A DNA stretch of 64,000 nucleotides, taken from the NCBI RefSeq assembly GCF_009914755.1, contig NC_060927.1, one strand, 5' to 3'. A model generated the notes under the pieces. The model worked only from the letters and a program-made list of their open reading frames with translations. It had not been told where the DNA came from and ran no database searches. This DNA is from the human T2T-CHM13v2.0 reference genome, Homo sapiens. Positions 1 through 17,835 of this stretch are shown piece after piece; within the stretch, counting starts at the first letter, position 1, and each line of letters opens with the position of its first letter. The translations under genes were made by a program, and so were the position numbers.

Positions 1-501
1 AGAACTTTCCCAAAGACTTTCTTGAGTATAAAGAGAGAACACAAGAAAAATAAACAAGAGAGTACAAGCGGTATACTGCTTACTAAGTGACTGGTGTCTG
101 CTTTAAGCTAAGCAATTCAGGGACAGATGTGACTAAAGTGTAATCACTGCCCTTAAGAACTGGGGCTCAGTTCTCTTATTTCTTCCTGCCACAGTTTAAG
201 GTTGTGGGGGTCATACATTGATTTGTAGGTTCAGTTAGAAAATATTGTCTGTCAGTCCCTGTGTGTAGCTCTGGGGATATAGCAACAAAAAAGATAGACA
301 TGGCCTCTGTAGCCCCAGAATTTACAGAGAAATAACCAGGCATCAGGCCATTAAGGTAGGGTGTAATATAGTTTATCACGGAAGTATTATGGGCTATGAG
401 AGCAGACCAGAAGAGCATCCAGCTTGATTAGAATTACGAAAGTCCTCCCAGAGGAATGATCTAAGTGGAGTCCTGAAGGATGAGTAAGAAATAGTAGGAC
501 A

Positions 502-1105
<604 letters not shown>

Positions 1106-1466
1106 GAGTAGGACAGAGTGGAGGTGAGGGGTGAGGAATGCTACAGGCTGAGGAAACAGCACATGCAAAGGCTGGAGAGGAGTGAGCATAGCCAGTTAGG
1201 GAAGTTCAAGGAGTTACATTCAGGTCACTGGCAGTAGGAAGCTATGGAAACTTTTTAGCAAAAGCAGGGGGATGACCTGTTTGGTTTTGAGTCTTATGAA
1301 ACTCCCTCCAGCAGCTGTGTGGAGTTAGGCTTGGAGGGGCAGGAATAGAGGGAGAGCACTGGTTAGGAGGCTCGTGTAGTAATCTGGGCAAGGGTGGTGT
1401 TGGGAGCTGGAGAGGAGTAAACAGGCCCAGGCTCTCTGCATGCTGACAATGCCTTCTTCCCTGCAG

Positions 1467-1542
1467 CCTAACAAAAGACATGACTGGGAAAGAAGACAAC
1501 TACCGGGGCCCGGCCGTGCGAGCCCTCTGCCAGATCACTGAT
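1467..1542 (+). CDS. COPG1: COPG1 coding exon (first in window; probably exon 6)
   Basis: ctgcag|C...GAT|gtgagt; encodes [25 protein letters not shown], matching gamma-COP; upstream exons lie outside the window. Confidence 0.96.
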
Positions 1543-1783
1543 GTGAGTCGTGCCGGTTCCTCCCTGCTTCCTGGCCTCTTGATTGAGGCCTCGGCATCAT
1601 CTTTTGCATTCTTTGGGGTGTCCCCTATCACTGAGCCAGGTGATGTGGGGTGGAGGCAGTGTGCAGGAGCACATGAGAAACGCTTACTTCCTCCTCATAC
1701 TCATCTCTGCCCCCATTCCTGCACTCCTGAGAGCTGCCAAGGACTGACTGGATCTCCTTCCACCCTGCTCCTTTTGCCCACAG

Positions 1784-1876
1784 AGCACCATGCTGCAGGC
1801 TATTGAGCGCTACATGAAACAAGCCATTGTGGACAAGGTGCCCAGTGTCTCCAGCTCTGCCCTCGTGTCTTCCTTG
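1784..1876 (+). CDS. COPG1: COPG1 exon (93 nt)
   Basis: cacag|AGC...TTG|gtgtgt; [31 protein letters not shown]. Confidence 0.95.
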
Positions 1877-1967
1877 GTGTGTAGTTGCTGCTGGAGCCCT
1901 GCTGGGGGTGGGGTAGAAAATTGAAGAAAATTTAAGAGTCACATTCCAGTAGGAAAAAAGAAAGTGT

Positions 1968-2657
<690 letters not shown>

Positions 2658-2866
2658 TGATTGAAGAGAGTCGTGGGTGGATGGTGTTGACCCATGCCTT
2701 GGGGAGGGACATTGAGGGTGGGAGCATCCTGAGTTTGTCCATGGTCTCTGAGGACCAGGACAGTGGCGAGCCCCTGAGCTGTGTCTGAGGGAAGACCAGA
2801 ACTGGGCCCAGAATGTGTGATGGGGACACTTCCTACCTGCCCCTTAATGTGTCCTGTTGCCCACAG

Positions 2867-2953
2867 CACCTGCTGAAGTGCAGCTTTGACGTGGTCAAGC
2901 GCTGGGTGAATGAGGCTCAGGAGGCAGCATCCAGTGATAACATCATGGTCCAG
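2867..2953 (+). CDS. COPG1: COPG1 exon (87 nt)
   Basis: cacag|CAC...CAG|gtgaga; [29 protein letters not shown]. Confidence 0.96.
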
Positions 2954-3329
2954 GTGAGATGTGAGCAAGGGAGTGATATTTAAAACACTCAGGCAGGTGG
3001 TAAGGCACTGGCCAGTTGGCATGGACACTTGCCACCGAGATCCTTGTGACCCCTGGCCATAGCAGGCTTTAATCCTTTCGTCATTGGATCATGGGAGGAA
3101 TTAGGAGGTCCTGGGTTAGAGAATCCAGGGTACCACTTGGGGCGCTTGGGTTACAGACTGCTTACCAGCTGGTGCTGAAATATTCAAGTATTTTGATAAC
3201 CAGCTGAGTATTGTTTTGGAGCATATGATGTGGCAAACTTGGCCAAGGCAGGCAGAGGGCCGCCTAAATTTAGGCCTTTGCCAGCCTGGCTTTGTTATGA
3301 TGTGTGGAATTATCTTGATGAGGCTTTCA

Positions 3330-3480
3330 TCCACTTTACTCTTCCTCAGTGACCTAGGACAGCCGTTCCTTTTATCTCTCTGGCTCTTGGTTTCCTTGTC
3401 TGTAAAATACGAATGAAGGTTACTGCCTCACAAAGCAGCAAGGACGAGCTGAGATCATGCATGTAACATGTGACCCATCT
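3330..3480 (+). mobile_element. MIR fragment
   Basis: gtgacctagg...tttccttgtctgtaaaat resembles the MIR core. Confidence 0.55.
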
Positions 3481-4268
3481 GGGTCATGAGTGCCTATCGG
3501 CGCTCCCTGTGTGTTTATGTATTCCCTTTATCTCTCATCTGTCTTCTCATCCTTTGCACGATTCTTGTCTTCAGGGCCAGCTGTGGCCCCTCAAAACACT
3601 TATGAGGGCCAGATAAGCTTCCCACATAGAAGGCTTCCACAGCTGCCATATCTTTGCCCCCAAATGTCGCTCCTTTAGGAAACAAAAGAGAGTATCGAGG
3701 ACAGGAAATAACTATGAGACCTCACATCTTTAGAAAGGGAGTCTCTGGGCTTCTGGCCCTCCAGGCCTAGCTTTGTCAGTACCAGCCAGGAGTCTTTGGG
3801 CAAGTCAGCAAAGATTAAACTGTCTACCTTCAGGGTTGTTGTGGGTAATGCAAGATTTCATGGCTAAGGTGTCCCACACAGTGACTTACAAAACATGACA
3901 ATGCTCAGGGTCTGGCTCCCACCTTCTCTCTCTCATTGTCTGATTGAAAGCACCAGGTCTCCCACATTGCTTTCATCTTTGTGCTGTTTGTTGTCCCTTT
4001 CCATATCTGTATTTATGCTACCTGTTAGGGCTCTTGCCGAAGCAGGGGTGGGAACAAGAACCACAGATATACTTCTGTGGTTTGTGAAGCATTGTGTGGA
4101 GGGCTGTGTACACAGAGTACCTGGGGCAGTTGTCACAGCCACTCTGTGTGGTAGCTGCTACTGTGCCCATCTTAGAAATGAGAAGGCTGAAGGACCCACC
4201 CAGGGCCACACAGCCAGTATACCCAAAAGTCATACATTTGTACTCTGTTGCTGTCTCCTGTCCTATAG

Positions 4269-4426
4269 TACCACGCACTAGGGCTCCTGTACCATGTGCG
4301 TAAGAATGACCGCCTAGCCGTCAATAAGATGATCAGCAAGGTCACACGGCATGGCCTTAAGTCTCCCTTTGCCTACTGCATGATGATCCGGGTGGCCAGC
4401 AAGCAGCTGGAAGAGGAGGATGGCAG
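4269..4426 (+). CDS. COPG1: COPG1 exon (158 nt)
   Basis: tatag|TAC...AG|gtaacg; [52 protein letters not shown]. Confidence 0.96.
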
Positions 4427-4525
4427 GTAACGGCTCTCATCTCTCACCAGCTAGATGATGCCTCACTCATCCTACCATGCTGGGCCACCCCCAACGTTTT
4501 CTTGCCACCCTATGTTCTTTTGTAG

Positions 4526-4659
4526 CCGTGACAGCCCACTGTTTGACTTCATCGAGAGCTGCTTGCGCAACAAGCACGAGATGGTGGTGTATGAAGCCGC
4601 CTCGGCCATCGTCAATCTGCCAGGCTGCAGTGCCAAAGAGCTGGCCCCGGCTGTGTCAG
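4526..4659 (+). CDS. COPG1: COPG1 exon (134 nt)
   Basis: tgtag|C...G|gtcact; [44 protein letters not shown]. Confidence 0.95.
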
Positions 4660-5068
4660 GTCACTGGGCATTCCTTCACCCAGCCTCACATGTTTATGCT
4701 TGCTGGGAACTAGGCCTGGGTTCCCGGGCTAGGAGAAAGAAAGAAAATGCTCTTAACAAGTGTTAAGGAGTCTGTACCTAGGAAGCACCTGCCCCAGACA
4801 CTATGCTGAGTCCCCACTTGTATCACGTTTTGGTGGTGGGCTGCTGTTAGTTCCATCTGACTGCTGAAGAGGCTGAGGTAAGGCTCGGGTCCACTCTGGA
4901 GCCTGTCAGGTTGGCTGGCCACAGGAGGAGGCCTGGTGGAGGAACCCAGGATCTGTGAAACTGGTGCATGTGAAGTGGGGCTGCACTTTTCCAGGTGAAG
5001 GAGAGAACAGTATAGAGGGTCGTTCTGAGCCTCCAGCTCCAGCACTGGAGCAGGGCAGCCTGGGTTAG

Positions 5069-5554
<486 letters not shown>

Positions 5555-5979
5555 GTTGTTTGCTGTTATTAAGGGGAATCCAGCAGCCTTGAGTCCTGGA
5601 GTCTTTGGTGTCTCCTCTGTGCAGGGCCCTGCTCTGGGTGTGGGAATACCCTGTCAGGGAGGAGAAAGCCTATGAAGAGGTGCAAAGTGGTTGGTACTGG
5701 AAAGTGGATATGTTGAGAGGCTAGAAAAGGAGAGGTGCTTAGGGTGAGAAACCTGGATTCAAAGTGGAAGAGAAGAGGGGAGTGTTTTAGAACAGGCCCA
5801 TGGAAAGCAAAGATGTTGTGGCAGGAGAGTTAGATTTGCAGGTTTTGAGAAATGATTGGGCCTCTTGTTTTTCTATTATTCTCTACTATAACAGTGTAAA
5901 CTTGGTCAGGCAAACAGATGGAGTTCATGTTTGGAGAGAGAAGTCTCCTTTCCTCCTTAGAAATGAAGAAAGAATGAAC

Positions 5980-6279
<300 letters not shown>

Positions 6280-6729
6280 GAAATGGAAAAAGAACTAATG
6301 AATTCAGTCACTGATTTGGGTATTCATTCATTCTTATTATATCCCCCATATTTCCAGAATAATGAAAGATGTAAATAAAGTAGGGTCTTCAAAATAAGCA
6401 TTAAGAAAAATTTTTTTTGAGTATTAGAGAATAAAAGCCAAGTTATGAAGAAAGGAACATAGATATTCCAGAAAACAGTAGTCATCTTCGCTCCTATGAT
6501 TGAGTGCCAAATTTAGCTCTGAGCTTCCGGGCAGCCAGGGCAAGGGAGGGATATGGTACCCGAATGGCTCTCATCTAGTTAAAGGAAATAAACCATTTGT
6601 TTAAGAGAGGACTTTGTTCTTCAGCACTTGGTGCCAAGGGGGAAGTTCTGTTGGATCCTGTAGACACAGTAGGAGAGAGGAGTGGAATATTACTTCACAG
6701 AGGTTAAGGGCTTAGGCTGCAGGTGCAGG

Positions 6730-6915
6730 CAGTCTTGGAATTTAATCTTGGTTCTGCCACTTACTGGCTGCCAACCTAAAGTTTGTTTGCTTTCCCCTTT
6801 GTGCCTCAGTCTCCTTATCTGTAAAGTGGGCTAGTGGTGGCTGCAAGCTATAGAAGTGAGGCATGTCCACTGTATAGCACAGCACCTGGCACACAGCAGA
6901 TGCCCAGTGAATAAC
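6730..6915 (+). mobile_element. MIR
   Basis: ctgccacttact...gtgcctcagtctccttatctgtaaagtggg...cacctggcacacag. Confidence 0.75.
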
Positions 6916-7131
6916 AGCCCTCACTGGAACCCCTGGGTGCTCACAGACATTATGGCCTCTGTCCATGGCTCAGGTGCGCAGGGTGAGGGGAGCTCTGTGT
7001 CTTGGGTTGGGATGGGGGTGTCAGCAGGGAAATGAGCTGAGCAGAGGGTTTGAGTCAGAACAGTAGCCCCCGGTTTTCCCAGCTGCCCAGCAGTGAAGGC
7101 AACCTGACATGTGGCATCCATCTCCCCACAG

Positions 7132-7199
7132 TGCTCCAGCTTTTCTGCAGCTCACCCAAGGCTGCTCTCCGCTATGCTGCTGTTCGTACCCTCAATAAG
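7132..7199 (+). CDS. COPG1: COPG1 exon (68 nt)
   Basis: cacag|TG...AAG|gtaaga; [23 protein letters not shown]. Confidence 0.96.
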
Positions 7200-7417
7200 G
7201 TAAGAGTCCAGCTTGGGGGTTGGAGGAAGCTGTCTGATCCAACTGGAGGTGTGTCCTAGCCTCTGACCTGGCTGGGAAGGATAATAGCCCTGGTCACAGT
7301 TAGTTTCTTCTAGATGGTGAGATGATCTCATCCAAAGGACTTCTGACTGGGCCAAACCATCAAATGTAGTGACAGCATTGGGTTCCTGCCCTCTCTGTCA
7401 CTGTCCTCCCAAAACAG

Positions 7418-7606
7418 GTTGCCATGAAGCATCCGTCAGCTGTGACAGCTTGTAATCTGGATCTGGAGAACCTGGTCACAGATTCAAACCGCAGCATTGC
7501 CACGCTGGCCATCACCACCCTCCTTAAGACGGGCAGCGAGAGCAGCATCGACCGCCTCATGAAGCAGATCTCCTCCTTCATGTCAGAAATCTCGGATGAA
7601 TTCAAG
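7418..7606 (+). CDS. COPG1: COPG1 exon (189 nt)
   Basis: aacag|GTT...AAG|gtacct; [39 protein letters not shown]...SDEFK. Confidence 0.96.
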
Positions 7607-7849
7607 GTACCTGCTACCCCCAGGACACCCACGGCCCCCAGAGGAAGGAGCTCTGTCCCTGCTCTCTGTGGCCACAGCCTTCCTGCCAGGACTGACCTGA
7701 GGGGCTGGTCAGCCTTGAGGACTCAGAGGAGGCCAGCAGTTTGCTCTGCAGAGACTTGGCCTTCCGAGAAATGTGCGTAGTCCTGCCTCCAGGCCTCCAT
7801 CCATATCGTCCCCTTGTACTGAAAGAACAGTAGTTTCCAGGCCAGTTAA

Positions 7850-8330
7850 GGGTTCATTGATTTGTTGTCCAAGTATTTCTTGAGCACTTGCTGTCTGCTA
7901 TGTAGAGTGACAAAAGGGGAACATAGCAGTGAACAAAGCAGGTGACTGCCCTCCTGGAGCTTCCTTTCTAGGGATGGGAGAGGAACAGTAAACAGGTAAA
8001 GAAAGGAGTAGACGAGATCATCTCAGGCATGGGTACTGCAGTCAAGAGTGTAGAAATACAGCAGGGATGATCCTAGGAAGAGCACAGTCTGGGAAGGCCC
8101 TTCTGGAGGGTGACATTTGAGCTCAAACCTGAATCAGTGCAAAGAACCAGGAGGAAAGGCAGGAGCAAGTCAAGGAGAGAGAAGGCCAGTGGGCGGAAGA
8201 GCTGTGGGGCCAGTGCAGGTGACAAAGTCAGAATAGACAGGGCTCAATCATGTAAGGCCCATGGTCAGGTAAAGAGTTTTAATTGCAAGGAAGACATTGG
8301 AAAGGTGTTCTTTTGGGGCAGGAGGAAGGA
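7850..8330 (-). mobile_element. L2 3' fragment (probably continues at 9840-10300)
   Basis: ttcattga...aagtatttcttgagcac is the reverse of the L2 3' end; purine-rich L2-like body. Confidence 0.6.
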
Positions 8331-8344
8331 TGTGAATATTTTTT

Positions 8345-8760
8345 GAGCTTATATTTTGAAATAATTCATAGGAAGTTACAAAGAAATATACTGAGAAGTC
8401 CTATGCACCCCTCCATCAACCCTCTCCTACAGTGCCAGCATCCTACACTAGCACAGGACAATGTCAACCAGGAAAGTGACACTGGCATGACCCATAGAGC
8501 TCATTCAGATTTCACCAGCTACACAGGCAACTCCTGTGTGTATATATGTGAAGTTCTATGCAAGATGTCATGTGGAGACTTTCAAAATTGCCACCACAGT
8601 GAAGACACTCAACTATCCATCTCCACAAGACTCTTGTTACCTCTTCATAGTCAGGCCCATTCCTACCTCTCTATTCCCTAACCCCTGGCAGCCATTAATT
8701 TGTTCTCAATTTCTGTAATTCTGTTATTTCACAATTGTTAATTGATAGAACAATGAAGTA
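8345..8760 (-). mobile_element. Old L1 (L1M) 3' fragment
   Basis: acccctggcagccattaatttgttctc-type L1M 3' UTR sequence. Confidence 0.55.
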
Positions 8761-8929
8761 TGTCACCGGAGAGTTTTAATCAGAGCAAACAATAATATGA
8801 ATAATATATTGTGGTAAATTCTATAGTGTGGATTATGCAAAGTAGGCAGCAGTCTACTCTGCCTGTGGGTTACAAGAATGCTTTGCAGGCTGAAATGACA
8901 CAGTGAGATTTGCATATTAGATCCTTCTG

Positions 8930-9833
<904 letters not shown>

Positions 9834-10701
9834 GAGTCCTTCTGGAGCAGAGTGGAGGGGTGACTGGGTAAAGAGACTGTTGGAGTAATTCAGAAGGAGA
9901 GGATGGTGCCTGAACCGGCGGGAGTAGGAGAGGTGGGACAGTGCAAGAGCTTTTTGAGGGATAATGCCTGTTGGCAGGGTTGGTGTGAGGGTTGAGGGGT
10001 GGATGTCAACAGAGATGATGCCATTTTCTACTTTGAGCTGACAGTGGTGCTCTTGACTAGTTTGCAGGGGAGGAAAAGATGGGGTATTGGATGAGGGAGG
10101 GGGAAGGAGATGGAGATGTTTGTGGTTGCAGACATGTGGAGTTTGAAGTGCTGTGGGCGCCAGGTGGAGTTGTCTGACAGGCAGTTGGAAAAGGCAGGTC
10201 TTAAGCTCAGACAGGAGATAAATATTGGGAGTCAGTGGCATATAAGAGGCGGTTAAAGCCATGGGAGGGGATAAGATTGCTGAAGAGACTGTGAGAAGAG
10301 AAGCGGCCAAGGACAGAATACCCCAGAGACAGGCTTAACCAAAAAGGAGCCAGAGGAGATGATGGGTGGGAACCATCAGTGGGAGCCAGTGGTAGGGAGA
10401 GAAGCAGGACAGGTTGGGTGGAGGGGACTCGGAGACTTAAGAAGCCTGAGTAGAAGAGCAGAGTTTGGGGAACCCAGAGTCTGAGAGTCTGACACTGGGG
10501 CTGTTGGCACTGCCTTGGGTGGGCTCAGGGATTGTGCCCTTCAAGCTTCAAGCGTGGAGTTGAGTTCCTCTGGTCTCCTTGCCCTTGTGTCATGCCCAAG
10601 GCCTGGCCTTACCTAAGGAAGGACTCAGTGGGCACTCAGGGAACTGAGTCACCCCATCTTGGTGGCAGGGCCTGCTGCTCATGCACGTCTATTTCATTTA
10701 G

Positions 10702-10797
10702 GTGGTGGTTGTCCAGGCCATCAGTGCCCTGTGTCAGAAATATCCTCGCAAACACGCCGTCCTTATGAACTTCCTGTTCACCATGCTGCGGGAAGAG
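10702..10797 (+). CDS. COPG1: COPG1 exon (96 nt)
   Basis: tttag|GTG...GAG|gtaaga; [32 protein letters not shown]. Confidence 0.96.
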
Positions 10798-11449
10798 GTA
10801 AGAGTCAGGGGCATTCGGGGGATGCCAGGTCTCCTGGTGCAGGGAGTGACCTGACCACTGGCTCCATGCTCAGCTTTGTGCGTGTGCTTATGTTAGCCTG
10901 TTAACCAACTGGTTTTCATGGTGCCTGCAACCCTTTAAACTCCTTGTGGACATGTAAACACGTACCAATTGCTAGTAATTACAGTAATAACTATGACTCA
11001 CCAGCCTGACTTTAAAAACTGGATGTCCTGAGGTGATGCTTGTGCAGAAGATGGGAAAATGCATGTTCTTTTCTGGTGGACTCTAGTGCAGAAATATTCT
11101 AGACCATTCCAGGAGCTCTAGGAGTGGTTTCTTGTGAAACCGGTGCTAATAATACGACATTGGTTCTATTTCTGTTCCCGACGTGAATTACTGATTCACT
11201 TATGCCACCTTTCTTGGACGTCTCAACAAAATGGGTTAATTCTTAGGAGCAATAGCAGATGTTCATGGAGTAGATTTGTTCCTCAGATACATGGTACCCC
11301 TTTCACCCAGCCCCAGAGTGGCCCATGGACTAGGCAGTAGAGGAGCCATTGCCTTGAGTGTCTTTGCGTTTCCCAAGAATGTTGTTGTAGAAGGGCACTA
11401 ATGTTTAGTGAGTTGTCAGCTAATGGGCCCAGCACTTTGGTGATTGTGT

Positions 11450-12189
<740 letters not shown>

Positions 12190-12346
12190 AGCCTTTTGTT
12201 TGACAGGAAAGAGTGATAGAGGCCCAGAGAACCAAGTGCCCTGTCTCCAAGTTCTGTGTTTGGACAACTGTCCTTGGTCCAGCTCAGGTCTTCAACTCTT
12301 TTCTGGAGAGAGCAGGCTCCTTGCTTAGCTCAGCTTCTCTCTGCAG

Positions 12347-12590
12347 GGTGGCTTTGAGTATAAGCGCGCTATCGTGGACTGCATCATCAGCATCATTGAA
12401 GAGAACTCAGAGAGCAAGGAGACAGGGCTGTCACATCTGTGCGAGTTCATCGAGGACTGCGAGTTCACAGTGCTGGCCACCCGTATTCTACATCTCCTGG
12501 GCCAGGAGGGGCCCAAGACCACCAATCCCTCAAAGTACATCCGCTTCATCTATAACCGAGTGGTCTTGGAGCATGAGGAGGTCCGGGCAG
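12347..12590 (+). CDS. COPG1: COPG1 exon (244 nt)
   Basis: tgcag|GGT...G|gtaggt; [40 protein letters not shown]...EHEEVRA. Confidence 0.97.
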
Positions 12591-12719
12591 GTAGGTCTGA
12601 GCCAGGGCTGAACTTGGAAACTTAGCTTACCCTTGAATAAATGTCCCAGCAAAGGGACCTGAGCCTCCAGTGGGGATTTGTGCACTCAGTGTTCTTGCTG
12701 CACAAGCTGTTTTTCATAA

Positions 12720-13221
<502 letters not shown>

Positions 13222-13821
13222 TTAAGTGATTTTTTTTTTAACTTTCACTGTATGTTGATGTTTAGCTAAAAAACAAAAAGCTTTGTTGAGATATAATTCA
13301 CATGCCATAAAATTCACCCATTTATATAAAGTTTACAATTCAGTGAGCAACCTTCCTATTCTTTATTTTTAATTTCTTTTCATGCCCCCACTGGACAGAT
13401 TTTCTTCTTTCAGCAATAAATGATCTTTAAGTAATTGTTCCCTTTCTCATTTTTATTATTCTGAGCCTTAACTGCAAATTGACGCCATTTGGATATGGAA
13501 GGTGAGGAGCTTTACATTATAGCCAGCTTCTGTGACCTCATCATGGTTAATTTGAAATTAGCTCCTGGAACCTTAGAATGGGAGCTACTAATCCCATCTG
13601 GCGCCCTTCTCCATTAAATAGATAAGGAAGTTGAGGCCTGGGATGGTGCCAAGATCCACCCAAAGCCACTCACTCTGTTGGTAGTGACTTTGGGCCTCCT
13701 GGCTTGAGACTTCTTGCCTCTGGGGCTCTTCTGCCTGAAGACCCATTCTGAGTGCTGGAAGTGCCCAAACAGTGAGTTGTCAGGGTGCATTGGGTAAATC
13801 ACATTCGCTTCCTAAACACAG

Positions 13822-13897
13822 GTGCTGTGAGTGCTCTGGCGAAGTTTGGAGCCCAGAATGAAGAGATGTTACCCAGTATCTTGGTGTTGCTGAAGAG
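13822..13897 (+). CDS. COPG1: COPG1 exon (76 nt)
   Basis: cacag|GT...AG|gtgagt; [26 protein letters not shown]. Confidence 0.96.
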
Positions 13898-14049
13898 GTG
13901 AGTCTAGGCCCAGGGGCCCTAATGGGGACAGTGTTCCCTTGGACCCAAGCAGCTTTCCTTTGTCTTTATTTTTTTTTAACTGAAAAGGGAGAGAAAAGTT
14001 ATACAGCTACTGATTGTAGAAAAAAAAGAGAAAGCATAGAAAAGCATGA

Positions 14050-14432
<383 letters not shown>

Positions 14433-14734
14433 CTATTGAGATATAATTCACATACCATACAATTTACCCATTTAAGATGTGTAGTTTGATGGGTTTTAGC
14501 ATATTCACAGAGTGATGGAACCATCACCACAACCTGAGTTTAAAACATTTCATCACCCCAAAGGGAACTCAGTGTTCATGAGTGTGGCCTCTCCTCACTC
14601 CCTCCACCCTCCGCCTGGGGCCACCACTAGTCTACTTGTTATCCCTATGGACTTACCTCTAATGAAGCCATGCAGGATCCCTCCTGCCATCCCTGCTGGG
14701 TCCCAGTCAGGACCACCTTGTGTCCTGGCTGCAG

Positions 14735-14838
14735 GTGTGTGATGGATGATGACAATGAAGTAAGGGACCGAGCCACCTTCTACCTAAATGTCCTGGAGCA
14801 GAAGCAGAAGGCCCTTAATGCAGGCTATATCCTAAATG
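14735..14838 (+). CDS. COPG1: COPG1 exon (104 nt)
   Basis: tgcag|G...G|gtgagt; [34 protein letters not shown]. Confidence 0.96.
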
Positions 14839-15292
14839 GTGAGTCATTCCCTGGCTATCTTGGACTCAGCACCTTACTGGAGCTGTGGTTCTCATCACTC
14901 CCTGGGCAGGGGAAATCAGAGGCAAGATGCTCTTGGCTGGACTTGCCTGGCAACCTCATGGCATCATGGTGACCTCAGGAGGTCCCGGGTCATTCAGGTC
15001 ACACCTGAATTGGGTGGAAATTGTCCAGTGAATTGAAACGCTCATCATTAATAAAAACTTTATTTTTACAGTACTTTACCCTTTACAAGTCACTTTGTAT
15101 ATATGTTTATTCCCCACACCTACCCTGTAAGGGAGGATGTGTCTGAGAATGCAGAGGCTTAGAGAATAAAGTGATTTTCTCAGGGTCATACTACTTAGGA
15201 CTTGTAACTTCGGGACCCCAGGGCCTCCATGGTGGTCCCTGGTGCACATTTTGCTCTATCTGCCAGGCATGGTGACCTCTCTTCACCTCCAG

Positions 15293-15418
15293 GTCTGACT
15301 GTGTCCATCCCTGGTCTGGAGAGGGCTCTGCAGCAGTACACTCTAGAACCATCAGAAAAACCTTTTGACCTCAAGTCTGTGCCCCTGGCCACGGCGCCCA
15401 TGGCAGAGCAGAGAACAG
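15293..15418 (+). CDS. COPG1: COPG1 exon (126 nt)
   Basis: tccag|GT...G|gtaaca; [41 protein letters not shown]. Confidence 0.96.
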
Positions 15419-15729
15419 GTAACACTTATACTCCTCCCAGAGGCCATCAAGGCCAGGCCTCTGTTGGAGGGTCTGCATTGGCTGCAAAGCCACTAACCTA
15501 ACTAGGGTGGGTGGCAGTTATGCTGGGAGGAGGAAATGATCTTTTCCACCTCTGGCTCCAGAAAATAGAGACACACATACACACAGACGTGGGCTCTCTC
15601 ACATGTCTTCTGCTTCCCACTCTCAGGAGGGTTAGTATTTATAATCCCTGAGTAATAGCACTGGGGTCACCACCACACTGCCCCGTGACTCCAGCTGTTG
15701 GTCATCACGTGTATAATTTGCTCCTGCAG

Positions 15730-15798
15730 AAAGTACCCCCATCACAGCAGTCAAACAGCCTGAGAAAGTGGCAGCTACCAGGCAGGAGATCTTCCAGG
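15730..15798 (+). CDS. COPG1: COPG1 exon (69 nt)
   Basis: tgcag|AA...G|gtgagt; STPITAVKQPEKVAATRQEIFQ. Confidence 0.95.
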
Positions 15799-16571
15799 GT
15801 GAGTCACAGTGGTTGGGGGATGCTTGGGACCTGGGCTTAGTTTCCTCAGGGGGTTCAAGAGTAAGAACTGTCATATATTGGTCTCTCCTGAGTGCTAGGC
15901 CCTTGAGATGCTTTAGACCTACTATCACATTTGACCCTCAGGTGGTGGTTGTTGGGTTCCTTCAATATCTGAGGAATTGGAAGTTCAGAGAGAGAAAGTA
16001 GTAGGAAGGGCTGGAATTAAGGTCCCGATCAAACTGGCTCAGTGCTGTTACTGGGCCTCAATTTGGAGGGCTCGGGTCCCTGGAGCCCAGGCCAGTTCAG
16101 AATGTCTGAGAGAGCAGTGCTGGGATTCAAAGACACTGGTACTTTTTGTCGGGTTCCACGTGTGTTCTGTCCACATTGTCTTGTAAGGTTTTCTTCAGGT
16201 ATCCATCTGTCCTCTGGTGTTGCATTTTTAAGGGGAGAGGCTGTGTGTCTAATTGCAGATTGTTTTATCCACTGAATTCAGTAGATAAAAGCATAGACCC
16301 CTCTTCCTTCATGGGCCCTCACTTCCATCCTAGCTCTTCTGTCTTCTCTTAAACAGCCCTCTGTGCTAAATAGTTCTTCACATGTTCTGTCTTTTATTTT
16401 CTGCGTCTATCACAGCACTGAGCCCAGTGCCTTCCTTCCTCACAGTAGGCTCCCAATTAATGTTGAATTAAATGAAATCCCCCCTTCCCCATTACACTCA
16501 GAATCATGTCTTATATCAATATAGCATGGATCCTGAGCTAATTGGGATCGCTATAACATGAAACTTTCCAT

Positions 16572-17052
16572 TTATATCAGTTTTCTATTGCTGCTGTAAC
16601 ACGTTACCACAAACTTAGTGGCTTAACACATTTATAACCTTATAGCTCTGCGGTCAGAAGTCCAAAGTGGGTTTCATTTGTTAGCAGTGCTGAGTTCTTT
16701 CAGGAGGCTCCAGGTATTGCCCCCTTGCCTTTTCCAGCTACTAGAGGTGGCCCGTATCCTTGGCTCGTGGCCCCTTCCACCGTCTTTAAGGGCCCTTCTA
16801 GGGCAGAAGGTCAGAGTAGAGTGATTTGAAGAGGCCACACTCCTGGCCTTTTCAAATCTCTCTACTCTGACCTTCTGCCCTAGAAGGGCCCTTATGATTA
16901 CACTGGCCCCCCCTGGATAATCCAGGATAACCCCTAGCTCAAGATCCTTAATTTAATCACATCTACAAAGTCCCTTTTACCATGCAAGGTAACATAGCTG
17001 CAGGTTCTGGGAATTAGCATGTGGGCATCTTGGAGTCATTATTCTGCCACAC
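16572..17052 (-). mobile_element. MaLR solo LTR (MLT1-like)
   Basis: ttgctgctgtaacacgttaccacaaacttagtggcttaa...attattctgcc typical of reverse MLT1. Confidence 0.8.
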
Positions 17053-17647
17053 CTTCCAAGGAAGTCTCCTAAGCCGCTTAAAGGGTAACAATTCCATTTT
17101 TAAACAATCATCCAAAAGCCTCACATTTACTAATCACATACATGTTCAGTTCCAAGAACTTTCCTAGATCTTGAATTTATTGCCTCATTTGTCTTTACAA
17201 CAACGCTGTGATCAAGATAATGATATCAGTTTTATTGATGAAGAGTCTGAAACCCTACCAACAGAATCCCCCAGGGAGTAAGTATCAGGCCCAAAACTCT
17301 GAGTCCCAAGAAAATAAATATCAATAGAAAAGCACTCTAGTGGTTGATGGTCATGGTGGCCCAAAAGTTCCTCCTAATATCTAGCCTGGATTGTTCTGGG
17401 CTTTTTATTGCCTGCATATTCATTAGATTCAGTCTTCAGGCTGCAGAGGGCTGAAGTGGTCACATAGGCTGACTTTTTGTGGAGGAAAAAAGCAAAATAA
17501 TAAAAATAAGGCCTACCTTTCTCTATGTCTGAAACGTGAATTGAGTACCTTCTAAGTAAAGGGAAAAATATCAGATCCATGGCCTCAAAGCACAATCCCT
17601 GTTCTCATGGAGTTCAATTAATTGGGAAGACAAGTTGAAAATCTTAG

Positions 17648-17835
17648 AGCAGTGGTCTTTAAATATCAGTATATATTGGAATAATCTGAGGAAACATGTT
17701 AGAAATGCAAATTCCTTGATCCTGAAACCAGAGATTCTGATGTAGTAGATTTGGGATGGAGTCTGAGTTTTTAGCAAGCTCTGCCGCCAACCCCTAGTAA
17801 TTCTGATACAGTTGATCCATGGTCATAGTGCGAGG
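17648..17835. mobile_element. MER5-like hAT DNA transposon relic
   Basis: cagtggtc...gttagaaatgcaaattc...gattctgat motifs. Confidence 0.7.

Noticed and set aside
4427-4525. 99-nt COPG1 intron that might be retained in frame
   Set aside because: Retention reads AGG TAA immediately, so it cannot give an in-frame insertion
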